NCBI RefSeq assembly: GCF_009914755.1
Contig: NC_060931.1
Origin: the human T2T-CHM13v2.0 reference genome, Homo sapiens
DNA length: 64,000 bases
Reading direction: 5' to 3' (one strand)
Shown here: positions 1 to 13,800 of the stretch, piece after piece
Position numbering within the stretch: position 1 is the first letter of the stretch
Layout: every line of letters begins with the position of its first letter
Made by a program: the position numbers and the translations under genes
Notes under the pieces: model-generated
Database searches by the model: none
What the model was told of the DNA's origin: nothing
The model's input: only the letters and a program-made list of their open reading frames with translations

Positions 1-90
1 ATGCAACACATTGTGGTTTGTCAGATACCTTCCTCCCAATTTTTATCTGGAATCTTCAGTATTTTGCCTTTGGCCTCATTGACCTCCAAA

Positions 91-113
91 ATGTCCATTC
101 ACAGAATGGACAT
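91..113. other. Dyad-symmetry (hairpin/cruciform-capable) element in one monomer type, representative example
   Basis: ATGTCCATTC-ACA-GAATGGACAT is a perfect 10-bp inverted repeat with a 3-nt loop. The 9-bp core TGTCCATTC-N3-GAATGGACA recurs, often degenerate, in many monomers up to ~17 kb. Confidence 0.85.
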
Positions 114-3100
114 AAACTGTGTTTTCAAACTGCTATATCAAAAGAAATGTTTAACTATGTGAGATGAATGCACACGTGACAAAGTGGTTTCTCAGGTGGC
201 TTCCTTCTAGCTTTTATCCTGAGAAATTTGCTTTTTTGCTATAGGCTTCAATGAGCTCCAAAATTTCCACTCACTAATTGGACAAAAACTGTGTTTCCAA
301 ACTGCTGAATCAAAAGACAGTTTTAACTCTATGAGATGAATGAACACATCACAATGCAGTTTCTCAGAAAGTTTCTTTCTAGTTTTTATCTAAAGATAAT
401 TTCTTTTTCACTGTAGTCCTCATTGTGCTCCCAAATATCCTTTCATAGATACTACAAAAACAGTGTTTCAAAAATGTTGAATGAAAAGAAAGGCTTATCT
501 CTGCAAGATAAATGCCCATGAATTAAAGGGGTTTCTAAGATAGCTTCCTTCAAGTTTTTTTTTTTTTTTTTTCCCTTGAGACATTCGCTTTTTTGCCATT
601 GACAACAATGTGCTCCCAAATGTCCATTTTCAGAATGGGCAAAAACAGTGTATCCAAACTGCAGAATGAAAAGAAAGGTTTCACTCTGTGAGATGAATGC
701 TGGCACCACAAAGTGATGTGTGAGATAGATTCCTTCAAGTTTTTATCCTGGGATATTCCGTTTTTCTCCTTTTGCCTCAATGATCTCTGAAATGTCCATT
801 CACAAAATGGACAACAACAGTTTTTCCAAACTGCTGAATCAAAAAAAGTTTAGCTCTGTGAGATGAATGCACACATCACAAATTAGTTTCTCAGAAAGCT
901 TCTTTCTAGTTTTTGTCTGAAGATATTTCGTTTTTCACCATTGGGCTCAATGAACTCAAAAATATGACTTTGCAGATTCTACAAAAACACTGTTTCCAAA
1001 CTGGTGAATGAAAAGAAACTTTTAAGACTGTGAGATGATGGCACACATCACATAGCAGTTTCTCAGATACCTTCCTTCTAGTTTTTATCCTGGGTTATTC
1101 ACTTTTTTGCCATTGGCCTAAATGAGCCCCCAAATGTCCATTAGCAGAATGGACAAAAACAGTGTATCCAAACTGGTGAATCAAAAAAAGTATTAACTCT
1201 GTGAGATGAATGCACACATCAAAATGCAATTTCTCAGAAAGCTTCTTTCTAGTTTTTATCTGAAGATATTTTCTTTTACACCATAGGCCTCAATGTGCTC
1301 TAAAATATCCCTTTGCAGATCCTGTAAAAACCGTGTTTCCAAACTGTTGAAGGAAAAGAAATGTTTAATTTTGTGAGATGAATGTACACATCATAAATCC
1401 ATTTCTCAGATAGCTTATTTCTAGTTTTTATCCTCAGTTATTCACTTTTTTGCCATTGACCTCAATGAGCTCCCAAATACCCATTTACAGAATGAACACA
1501 AACAGTGATTCCAAACTGCTGAATCAAAAGAAAGCTTTAAATCAGCGAGATCAGTGCACTCACCACAGAGTGGTTTCTCAGATAGCTTCCTTCTAGTTTT
1601 TACCCTGGTATATACACCTTTTCATGTGTGCCTTAATGAACTCCCAAATGTCCATTCACAGAATGGACAAAAACAGTGTTTCCAAACTGCTGAATCAAGA
1701 TAAATGTTTATCTCTGTAAGATGAATGCATACATGACAAAGCAGTTTCTCAGAAAGATTTTTCTAGCTTTTATCTGAAGACATATTCTTTCCCACTTTAG
1801 ATCTCAATGTGCTCCCAAATACGCCTTTGCAGATTCTTCAAAAACAGTGTTTCCACACTGATAAATAAAAAGAAAATTTTAATTCTGAGAGATACATGCA
1901 CACATCACAAAGCAGTTTCTCAGAAAATGTCTTTCTAATTTTTATCTGAAGATATATTCTTTTTTCATCACAGGACTCAATGCACCCCCAAATATCCCTT
2001 CTCAGAGTCTACAAAAACAGTGTTACCAAGCTGCTGAATCAAAACAGAGGTTTAACTCTGTGAGATGATTGTACACATCACAAAGGGGTTTCTCAGATAG
2101 CTTGCTTCTCAGCTTCATCTGGAATATTCCCATTTTTGCCATTGACTTCCATGAGCTCCCAAATGTCCTTTTGCACAATGGACAAAAACTGTGTTTCCAA
2201 ACAGCTGAATCAAAAGCAAAGTTTAACTCTGTGAGATGAATTCACACATCACAAAGCAGTTTCTCAGAAAGTTTCCTTCTAATTTTTATCTGAAGGTATT
2301 TTCTTTTTCACCATTGACCTCAATAAGATACAAAATATCCCTTTGCAGATTCTACAAAAACAGTGTTTCCTAACTGCTGAATAAAAAGAAAGGTTTAAAT
2401 CTGTGAGTTGAATGCACACATCACAAAGTGGTTCCTCAGATAGCTTCATTCTAGCTTTTCTCCTGGGATACTCGCTTTTTCGCCTTTGGCCTCAAAGAGC
2501 TCCCAAATGTCCATTCGCAAAAAGGACAAAGACAGTGTTTCCAAACTGCTGAATCAAAAGAAAGGTTTAAATCTGTGAGACGTATGCACACATCACAAAG
2601 TGGTAGATGTCATAGCTTCCTTATAGTTTTTATCCTGGGATATTATCTTTTTCAACATCGGCATCAATAAACTGCTGAATCAAAAGAAAGGTTTAACTCT
2701 GTGAGATGAAGGCATACATCACAAAGTATTTTCTAAGGAAGCTTCTTTCCAGGTTTTAGATGAAGATATTTTCTTTTTCACCCTTCACAGATTCTACAAA
2801 AACAATGTTTCCTAACTGCTGAATGAAAAGAAAGGTTTAAATCTGCGAGATGAATGCACACACCACAAAGCCATTTTTCAGATAGGTTCCTTCAATTTTT
2901 ATCCTGGGATATTTGCTTTTTCACTATTGGCCTCAAAGAGCTCCAAAACGTCCATTCACAGAATGGACAAAAACAGTGTTCCCACACTGCTGAGTGAAAA
3001 GGAATGTTTAACTCTGTGAGATGAATGCAGAAATCACAAAGCAGTTTCTCAGAAAACTTCTCTCTAGTTTTTATATGAAGATATATTCTTTTTTCACCAT

Positions 3101-6100
3101 AGGACTCAAAGAATTCCCAGATATCCCTTCGTAGAATCCACAAAAACAGTGATTCCAAACTGCTGAATTAAAAGAAAGTGTTAACTCTACGAAATGAATG
3201 CCCACATCAAAAAGGGGCTTCTCAGACAGCTTCCTTCTAGTTTTCATTTGAGATATTCACTTTCTCACCTTTGGCCTCAGTGAGCTCCCAAAAGTCCTTT
3301 TGCAGAATGGACAAAAATACAGTTTCCAAACTGCTGAATCAAAGAAATGTTTTAACTCTGTGAGATGAATGCCCATATCACAAATCAGTTTCTTAGACAG
3401 CTTCCCTCTAGTTTTTATCCTGAGATATTCGCTTTTTTGCCATTGGTCTCAATTACCTCCCAAATGTCCATTCGCAGAATAGACAAAAAGAGTGTTTCCA
3501 AACTGCTGAATCATAAGAAAGCTTTAACTCAGTGAGATGAATGTATACATCAGAAAGCAGTTTCTCAGATAGCTTCTTTCTAGTTTTTATCTAAAGATAT
3601 TTTATTTTTCAACATAGGCCTCAGTGTGCTCTGAAATATCCCTTTGCAGATCTACAAAAAGAGTGTTTCCAACCTACTGAACGCAAAGTCACGTTTAACT
3701 CTGTGAGATGAATGCACATATCACAAAGCAGTTGCACAGAGAGCTTCCTACTAGTTTTTATTCTGGAATATTCAATTTTTTGCTATTGGCCTCAATGAGC
3801 ATCAAAATATCCATTCTCCAAATGGACAAAAACAGCATTTCCAATCTGTTGAATCAAAAGAAAATTTTAAGTCTGTGAGATGAATGCACATATCACAAAT
3901 CAGTTTCTCAGGAAATTTCTTTCTAGTTTTTATCTGAAGATATTTTCTTTTTCACCATAGGTCTCAATAAGTTCCCAAATATTGCTTTGCAGATTGTACA
4001 AAAACTGTGTTTCCTAACTGCTGAATGAAAATGAAGGTTTAACTCTGCAAATTGAAAGCAGACATCACAAAGTGGTTTCTCAGATAGCTTCTTTGTAGTT
4101 TTTATCCTGGGATATTTGCTTTATTGAAATTGGCCACAATGAGCTCCAAAATGTCATCCACAGGAAGGACAAAAACAGTGTATGTAAACTGCTGAGTCAA
4201 AAGAAAGATTTATCTATGAGACATGAATGTACACATCACAAAGTGGTTTCCCATATAGCTTCCTTCTAGTTTTTATCCTGGGATATTTGCTTTTTTGCTA
4301 TTGGTCATTATGTGCTCCCAAATGTCCATTTGCAGAATGGACAAAAACAGTGTTTCCAAACTGCTGAATGAAAAGAAAGTTTTTACTCTGCCAGATGAGT
4401 GCACACATCACAAAGCAGTTTCTCAGATAGCTTCCTCATGGTGTTTATCCTGGAATATTTGCTTTTTCGCTTTTGGGCTCATTGACGTCCCAACTGTCGA
4501 TTTGCAGAAGGGACAAAAACAGTGTCTCCAAACTGCTGAATGAAAAGAAAGATTTAACTCTGTGAAGTGCATGCCTCTATCACCAAGCAGTTTCTCAGAT
4601 ACCTTCCTCTAGTTTTTATCCTGGGATATTCACTTTTTCACCTTTGGCCTCAAAGGGCTCCCAAATGTCCTTTGTCAGAATGGACAAAAACAGTGTTTGC
4701 AAACTGCTGAATCAAAAGAAAGGTTTAACTCTGTGACACGAATGCATACATCACAAAGTAGTTTCTCAGAAAGCTTCATTCTATTTTTTATCTGAAGATA
4801 TTTTCTTTTTCACCATAGACCTCAATGTGCTCCCAAATATTCCTTCACATATTATAGAAAAACAGTGTCTCCAAACTGCTGAATGAAAAGAAAGGTTTAA
4901 CCTTGTGACATGAATACACACATAACAAAGCAGTTTCTCAGATAGCTTCCTTCTAGTTTTTCTCTTGGCATATTCGCTTTTTTGCTATTGGCCTCAATGA
5001 GCTCCAAACTGTCCATTCAAACAATGGGCAAAAAGACTGCTTCGAAACTGCTGAATCAAAAGAATGATTTACCTCTGTTGGATGAATGCATGCAAGCCAA
5101 AGCAGTATCTCAGAAAGTTTCCTTGTAGTTTTTACTTGAAGATATTTTCTTTTTCATGACAGGCCTCAATGCATGCCCAGATGTCCCTTTCCAGATTCTA
5201 CAAAAACTGTGTTTCCAAATTGCTGAATATAAAGAAAGGTTTAACTCTGCAAGATGAGTGGACACATCACAAAGCAGTTTCTCAGTTTCCTTCTAGTTTT
5301 TATAACGGGATATTCCCTTTTTCAGAAAACCCATTGGCCACAATGAGCTCCCAAATGTCCTTTCACAAAATGGTCAAAAACAGTATTTCCATACTGCTCA
5401 ATCAAAACAATGTTTAAATCTATGAGATGAATGCACTCATCACAAATGTGTTTCTCATAAAGATTCTTTCTAGTTTTTATCTGAAGATATTTTCTTTTTC
5501 ACCATAGACCTTAAGGCAGTCCCAAATATCCCTTCACAAATTATACAAAAACAGTGTTCCCAAACTGCTGAATACAAAGAAACATTCAACTCTGTGAGAT
5601 GAATGCACACATCAGGAAGAAGTTTCTCAGATAGCTTCCTTCTTGCTTTTGTCCTGAGATATTCGCTTTTTTGCCATTGGTCCAATGAGCTCCCAAATGT
5701 CCGTTTGCAGAATGGACAAAACAGTATTTCCAAAATGCTGAATGAAAGGAAAGGTTTAACTCTGTGAGATTAATGCACACATCACAAAACGGGTTCTCAG
5801 ATAGCTTCCTTCAAGTTTTAAACCTGGGATATTCCATTTTTCACTTTTGGCCTCAAAGAGCTACAAAATGTCCATTCACAGAATGGACAAAAACAGTGTT
5901 TTCAAACTGCTGAACCAAAGGAAAGATTTTCCTCTCTGAGCTGAATTCCAAGATCACCAAGTATTTCTCAGAAAGCTTCTTTCTATTTTTTATCTGAAGA
6001 TATTTTCTTTTTCACCACAGGACTCAGTGGACCCCGAAATATCCCTTTGCACATTCTACAAAAGCAGTGTTTCAAAACTACTGAATGAAAAGAAAGGTTT

Positions 6101-9100
6101 AACTCTGTGAGATGAATGCACACTTCACACATCGGTTTCTCAGGTAGCTTCCTTCTAGTTTTTATCATGGGATATTCTCTTTTCCACCATTGGCCTCAAT
6201 GAGCTCCTAATCATCCATTCACAGAATGGACAAAATTAGTTTCCAAACTGCTTAAACAAAAGAATGGTTTAACTCTGTGAGGTGAATACACACATCACAA
6301 AACAGTATCTCAGAAAATTTCCCTCTAGTTTTTAACTGAAGATATTTTCTATTTCATGATAGGCCTCAACATGTTTCCTAATGTGCCTTCACAGGTTTTA
6401 CAAAAAGAGTCTTTCCAAACTGCTGAATAAAAAAAGTTTTAGCTCTGTGAAACAAATGCCTTCATCAACAAGCAGTTTCCCAGATAGTTTCTTTCTAGTT
6501 TTTATCTGAAGATATTTACTTTATCAACATTGGCCTCAATCCACTGTAAAATATCTCTTCCAAGATTCTACAAAAAATGCGTTTCAAAATTGCTGAATGA
6601 AAAGAAAGGTTTAACTCTGCAAGATGAATGCACACATCATAAAGCAGTTTCTCAGATAGCTTCCTTCTAATTTTTATACTGGGATATTCTCTTTTTTGAA
6701 ATTTGACAAAATGAGCTCCGAAATGTCTATTCACATATCAGACAAAAAGTGTTCCCACACTGCTGAATAAAAAGAAAATTTAACTGTGTCAGATTAATGG
6801 ACAAATCACAACGCAGTTTCTCAGAAAATTTCTTTCTAGATTTTATGTGAAGATATTTTCCTTTCCACAATAGACCTCAACGTGCTCCCAAATGCCCCTA
6901 TGCAGATTCTACAAAAACAGTGTTTCCAAACTGATGAATGAAAAGGAAGGTTTAGGTATGTAAGATGAATGCACAGCTCACAAAGCAGTTTCTCAGAATG
7001 CTTCTTTCTAATTTTAATCTGAAATTATTTTCTTTGTCATCATTGTCCTCAATGAGCTCCCAAATATCTAGTTGCTGATCCTACAAAACAGTGTTTCCAA
7101 ACTGCTGAATAAAAGGAAGGTTAAACTCTGTGAGATGAATGAACACATAACAAAGTGGTTTCTCAGATAGCTTCCTTCCAGTTTTTATCCTGGGATATAC
7201 GCATTTTTGCCATTGGCCTCAATGAGCTCCCAAAAGTCCATTCACAGAATGGACAAAAACTGTTTCCTAACTGCCAAATGTAAAGACAGGTTTAAATCTG
7301 CCAGGTGAATGCACACATCATAAAGAGGTTTCTCCAATATCTTCCTTCTAGGTTTTCTCCTGGGATTATCGCTTTTTTGCCATTGGCCCCAATGAGCTCC
7401 CAAATCTCCATTTGGAAAATGTACAAAAACAGAGTATGCAAACTACTGAATCAAAATAAAGTTTTAACTTTTTGAGATGAATGCACATGTTACAAAGCCG
7501 TTTCTCAGAAAGCTTCTTTCTAGTTTTTATCTGAAGATAATTTCTTTTTCACCATAGGTCTCAATAAGCTCCCAGATATCCCTTCGTAGATTTTACAAAA
7601 AAGTGTTTCCTAACTGCTGAATGAATAAGAAGCTTTAACTCTGACAGTTGAATGCACATATCACAAATCAGTTTCTCAGATAGCTTCATTCTAGTTTTTA
7701 TCCTGGGACATTCACTTTTTTGCTATTGGCCTCAATTTGCTCCCCAATGTCCATTCACAGTAAGGACAAAAACAGTGTTTCCAAAATGCTGAATGAAAAG
7801 AAATGTTTAACTGAGAGATGAATGAACACATCACAAAGTGGTTTATCAGATAGCTTCCTTCCAGTTCTTATCCTGGGATATTCACTTTTTTTACCTTTGG
7901 CCTCAATGAGCTCCAAAATGTCCATTTTAGGAATGGGCAAAAAAAGGTTTTCCAAACTGCTGAATCAAAAGAAAGGTTTAACTCTGTGAAATGAACTCAC
8001 ACACCTCAAAGCAGATTCTCAGAAAGCTTCTTCTTTCTAGTTTTTAAGTGAAAATATTTTCTTTTTCACCATAGGCCCCAATTCACTCCAAATATCCCTA
8101 TGCAGATTCTACAAAAATAGTGTTTCCAAACTGTTGAATGGAAAGAAAGGTTTACCTCTGTGAGATGAATGCAAACATCACCAAACTGTTTGTCATATAG
8201 CTTCCTTCTAGTTTTTATCCTGGGATATTCACTTTTTCACTGCTGGCCTCAATGAGCTTACAAATGTCCATTCACAGAATGGAGAAAAAAAAAAAGATTT
8301 TCCAAACTGCTGAATGAAAAGAAATGTTTATGTCTGTGAGATGAATGCAAATTTCAGAAAGTGGTTTCTGAGATAGCTTCCTTCTAGTGTTTATCCTGGA
8401 ATATTCACTGTTTTGCTGTGGGCATCAGTGAGCTCCCAAATGTCCATTCGCAGAATGGACAATGTGTTTCCAAACTGCTGAATCAAAATTAAAGTTTACC
8501 TCTGTGAGATGAATGCACACATCACAAAGCAGTTACTCAGCAAGCTTCTTTCTAGTTTTTATTTGATGATATTTTGTTTTTCACTATGGGCCTCAATGCA
8601 CTCCCAAAGATCCCTTCTCAGATTCTACAAAAACAGTGTTTCCAAACTGCTGAATGCAAAGAAAATTTTAAATCTGCGAGATGAATGCACACATCACAAA
8701 CCAGTTTCTCAGACAGCTTCTTTCTAGTTTTTATCCTGGGTTATTCACTTTTTTGCCATTTTCCTTAATCAGCTCCCAAATGTCCATTTTCTGAATGGAG
8801 ACAAACAGTTTTTCCAAACTACTTAATCAAAGAAACGTTCAACCCTGTGAGATGAATGAATCCATCACAAAGCAGTTTTTCAAAAACCATCTTTCTAGTT
8901 TTTATTTGATGATATTTTGTTTTTCACCATGGGCCTCAGTGCACTCCCAAATATGCCTTTTCAGATTCTACATAAACAGTGTTTACAAACTGCTGAATGA
9001 AAAGAAATGTTTACCTCTGTGAGATGAATGCACACTTCACAAAGCCATTTCTCAGATAGCTTCAGTGTAGTTTTTATCCTGAGATATTAGTTTTTTCACA

Positions 9101-10812
9101 ATTGACTTTAATGAGCTTCCAAATGTCCATACGTAGAACGGACAAAAACAGTGTTTCCAAACCACTGAAACAAAAGAAACGTTTAACTCTATGAGATGAA
9201 TGTAGACAGCACAAAGTAGTTTCACCAAAACTTCTTTCTAGATGTTATCTGAAGATATTTTCTTTTTCACCATAGGCCTCACTGCACCCCCAAATGTACT
9301 TTCTTAGATTCTACAAAAACAGTGTTTCTAAACAGCTGCATGAAAAGAAAAGTGTATCTCTGTGAAATAAATGCACACATCACAAAGGGGTTTCTCTGAT
9401 AGCTTCCTTCTAGTTTTTATCCTGGGATATTCACTTTTTCACCATTGGCCTCAATGGCACCAAAATATCCACTTGCAGAGTGGACAAAAACAGTTTTTCA
9501 AACTACCGAATCAAAAGAACGTTTTAAGACTGCGGGATGAATGCACAAATCACAAAACAGTTTGTCAGAAAGCTTCATTCTAGTTTTTATCTGAAGATAT
9601 TTTCTTTTTCACCATAGGCATTGAGGCGCTCCCAAATATCCATTTGTAGATTCTACAAACAGAGTGTTTCCAAAATGCTAAATGAAAAGAATGGCTTAAC
9701 ACTCCAAGATGAATGCACACAACATGAATTGGTTTGTCAGCTAACTTCCTTCCAGTTTTTATCCTGGAATATTTGCTATTTCGCCATTGACCCCAATGAG
9801 CTCTCAAATGTCCTTCCCCAGAATGGAGAAAAACAGTGTTTGCAAACTGCTGAATAAAAAGAAAGGTTGAAATCTGTGAGAAGAATCCACACACACAAAG
9901 TGGTTTCTCAAATAGTTTCCTTCTAGTTTTTATATTGAGATATTCCTGTTTCACCATTGGCATCAATGTTCTCCAAAATGTCCACTTGCAGAATGGAAAT
10001 TTATCTCTGTGAGATACAGTGTTTCCAAACTGCTGAATTAAAACAAATGTTTACATCTGTGAGATAAATCACAAATCATAAAACAGTTTCTCAGAAAGCT
10101 TCTTTCTAGTTTTTATCTGAAGGTATTTTCTTTTTCATCATAGGTCTAAAAGTGCTCCCAAATATCTCTTCGCAGATTCTACAAAAACAGTGTTTCCAAG
10201 CTGCTGAATGAAAGGAAACGTTTAGCTCTGTGAGATGAATGCGCACATCACAAAGGAGTTTATCTGAAATATTCTTTCTAGTTTTTATCTGAAGATGTTT
10301 TGTTCTTCACAATAAGCCTCAATGTGCACCCAAATAGTCCTTCACAGATTATACAAAAGCAGTGTTTCCAAGCTGTTGAATGAAAAGAAAGGTTTAATTC
10401 TCTGAGATGAATGCACACATCACAAAGGGGTTTCTGAGATAGCTTTCTTTTTATTTTTATCCTGGGATATTCCTTTTTCTCCATTGGCCTCAGGGAGCTC
10501 CTAAATGGCCATTTGCAGAATGGATAAAAACACTGTTTCCAAACTGCTGAATCAAAAGTAAGGTTTAAATTTGTGAGATGAATGCACACATTGCAAGTGG
10601 TTTCTTGGATAGATTCCTTCTAGCTTTTATCCCAGGATGTTTGCCTTTTCACCATTGGCCTCAATGAACTTCCAAATGTCCATTCACAGAATAAACAAAA
10701 ACAGTGTTTCCAAACTGCTGAATCAAAAGAAAGTTTTAACTCTGTGAGATGAATGCACACATCACAAAGCAGTTTCAGAGAAAGTTTCTTTCTACTTTGT
10801 ATCTGAAGATGA

Positions 10813-10829
10813 TTCCTTTTTCACCATAA
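10813..10829 (+). promoter_or_regulatory. pJalpha-like (A-type) box, representative example
   Basis: TTCCTTTTTCACCATAA matches 16/17 of the pJalpha motif TTCCTTTTYCACCRTAG. Degenerate versions occupy the equivalent position in most monomers. Confidence 0.55.
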
Positions 10830-13800
10830 GACTCAATGCACTCCCGAGTATCCCTTCACAGATTCTACAAAAACAGTGGTTCTTAACTGCTGAATAAAAA
10901 GAAGGTATAATTCTGTGTTGAATGCACACATCACAAAGCAGTTTCTCACATAGCTTCATTCTAGTTTTTATCCTGGGACTTTCACATTTTCGCCCTTGGC
11001 CTCAAAGAGCTCCAAAATGTCCACTCACAGAAAGGACAAAAACAGGTTTTCAAAACTGCTGAATCAAAAGAAAGGTTTATCCCTGTGAGACAAATGCACA
11101 CATCACAAATCACTTTCTCTGAAAGCTTCTTTCTAGTTTTTCTCTGAAACTATTTTATTTTTCAGCGTAGGCCTCAATGCACTCCCAAATATCTCTTAAC
11201 AGATTCTTAAAAAACAATGTTTCCAAACTGCTGGATGATAAGAAAGTTTTGTCTCTGTGGGACGAATGCATATGTCACAAAGCAGTTTTTCAGATAGTAT
11301 CCTTCTAGTTTTTATACTGGGATATTCTCTTTTTTGCCATTGGCCTCAATAAGCTCCCAAATGTCCATTCACAGAATGGACAATAATAGTTTCCCAAGCT
11401 GCTGAATAAAAATAAAGGTTTAACTATGTGAGATTAATGGGCAAATCACAGATAAGTTTCTCAGAAAACTTCTTTCCACTTTTTATGTGAAGACATTTTA
11501 TTTTTCACCATAGGCCTAAATGAGCTCCCAAATACCACTTTGCAGATTCTGCAAAAACAGTTTTTCCAAACTGCCTAATGAAAAGGAATGCTTAGGTCAG
11601 TGAGATGAATGCACACATCACAAAGAAGTTTACCACGAAGCTTCTTTCTAGTTTTTATCTGAAGATAATTTCTTATTCACCATAGGCCTCAATGTGCTCC
11701 CAAATATCCCTTTGCAGATTCTACAAAAAGTTTTTCCAAACTGCTCAATGAAAAGAAACTTTTAACTCTGCAAGATAAATGCTCACATCACAAAGCAGTT
11801 TCTCAGATAGCTTCTTTCTAGTTTTTGTCCTTGGATATTCTCTTTTTCACCACTTTCCTTCATGCGCTCTCAAATATCCATTCAATGAAACAACAAAAAC
11901 AGTGTTTCCAAACTGCTGAATCAAAAGAAAGGTTAGCTATAGGAGTTGAATGCACAAATTACAAAGCAATTTCTCAGAAATATTCTTCCTTCTTTTTTCT
12001 GAACATATATTCTTTTTCACCATAGTTCTCAAAGCACTCCCAAGTATCCCTTTGCAGATTCTACAAAAACAGTATTTCCAAACTGCTGAATGAAATGCAA
12101 CATTTAACTGTGTGAGATGCATGCACACATCATAAAGCAGTTTCTCAGCTAGCTTCCTTCTAGTTGTATCCTGGGATATTAGCTTTTTCACCATTGGCCT
12201 AATGAGCACACAAATGTCCATTCACAGAAAGGACAAAAGCAGTGTTTCCTAACTGCTGAATCAAAGAAAGGTTTAACTTGGCAGGATGCATGTGCACATC
12301 AGAAAGCAGTTTCTCAGACAGCTTCCTTCTAGTTTATACATTGGGATATTCACTTTTTTGCCATTGGCCTTAATAAGCTCCCAAATGTCCATTCACAGAA
12401 TAGACAAAAACAGTGTTTCAAAAATACTGAATCAAAGCAAAAGTTTAAATCTGTGAGATGAATGCAAACATCACAATCGTGTTTTTCAGACAGCTTCCTT
12501 CTAATTTTTATTTAGGGACATTCACTGTTTTGCCTTTGGCCTCAATGAGCTCCCAAATATTCACTCACAGAATGGACAAAAACAGTTTTTCAAAATTGTT
12601 GAATCAAAGGAAAAGTTTAACTCTGTGAGATGAATGCACACATCACCAAACGGTTTCTCAGATAGCTTCTTTCTAGTTTTATACTTGGATATTCTCTTTT
12701 TCACCATTGACCTCAATGATCTCCCCAATATCCATTTGCAGAATGGACAAAAAAGGTGTTTCCAAACTGCTGAATCAAAAGGAAGGTTTAACTCTGTGAG
12801 ATGAATGAAGACATCACAAGTCAGTTTCTCAGAAAGATTCTTTCTAGTTTTTGTCTGAAGCTATTTTCTTTTTCACCATAGACCTTGGTGTACTCCCAAA
12901 TACCCATTGGCAGATTCTAGAAAAAGAGCTTTTCCAAACTGCTGAATGAAAATAAAGTTTTAACTCTGTGAGATGAATGCACACATCATAAAATGTTTTC
13001 TCAGATAGCTTCCTTCCAGTTTTTATCCTGGGATATTCACTTTTTTGCCATTGGCTTCAATTGGCTCCCAAATGTCCATTCACCAAATGGACAAAAACAG
13101 TGTTTCAAAACTGCTGAATCAAAGGAAAGGTTTAATTCTGTGAGAATAATGCACACATAAGAAAGCAGTTTCTCAGAAAGCTTCTTTCTCGTTTTTATCT
13201 GAAGTTATTTTCTTTTTCACCATTGGCCTCAAAGAGCTCCAAAATGCCCATTCACAGAATGGACAAAAACTTGTTTCAAAACTGGTGAATCCAAAGAAAG
13301 GTTTAAGTCTGTCAGATGAAAGCACACATGACAAAGTGGCTTCTCAGATAGCATCATTATAGTTTTCCTCCTGGTATATTCGCTTTTTTGCCATTGTCCT
13401 CAATGAGCTCTGAAACATCCATTTGCAGAATGGAAAAAAACTGTGTTTCCAAACTGCTGAATTAAAAGGAAGGTTTAACTCTGTGAGATGAATGCAGACA
13501 TCACAAAGCAGTTTCTCAGAAAGCTTCTTTCTAGTTTTTATCTGAAGATATTTTCTTTTTCACCCCAGGCCACAATACGCTCCCAAATGTCCCTTCAGCA
13601 ATTATAGAAAAACAGTGCTTCCAAACTGCTGAATGAAAACAAATGTTTAACTCAGTGACTTGAATGCACACATTGTAAAGCGGTTTCTCAGATAGCTTCC
13701 TTCTAGTTTTTATCCTGGTATATTCCCTTTTTCACCATTGGCCTTAATGCACTCCCAAATATCCATTTGCAGAATGTACAAAAACGATGTTTCCAAAGGG

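Noticed and set aside
555-572. Long T/A runs (also 54,512-54,529, 22,197-22,208, 8,285-8,295) as possible retroposon tails
   Set aside because: They sit in register at native T/A tracts with no element body or TSD; these are simple homopolymer expansions.
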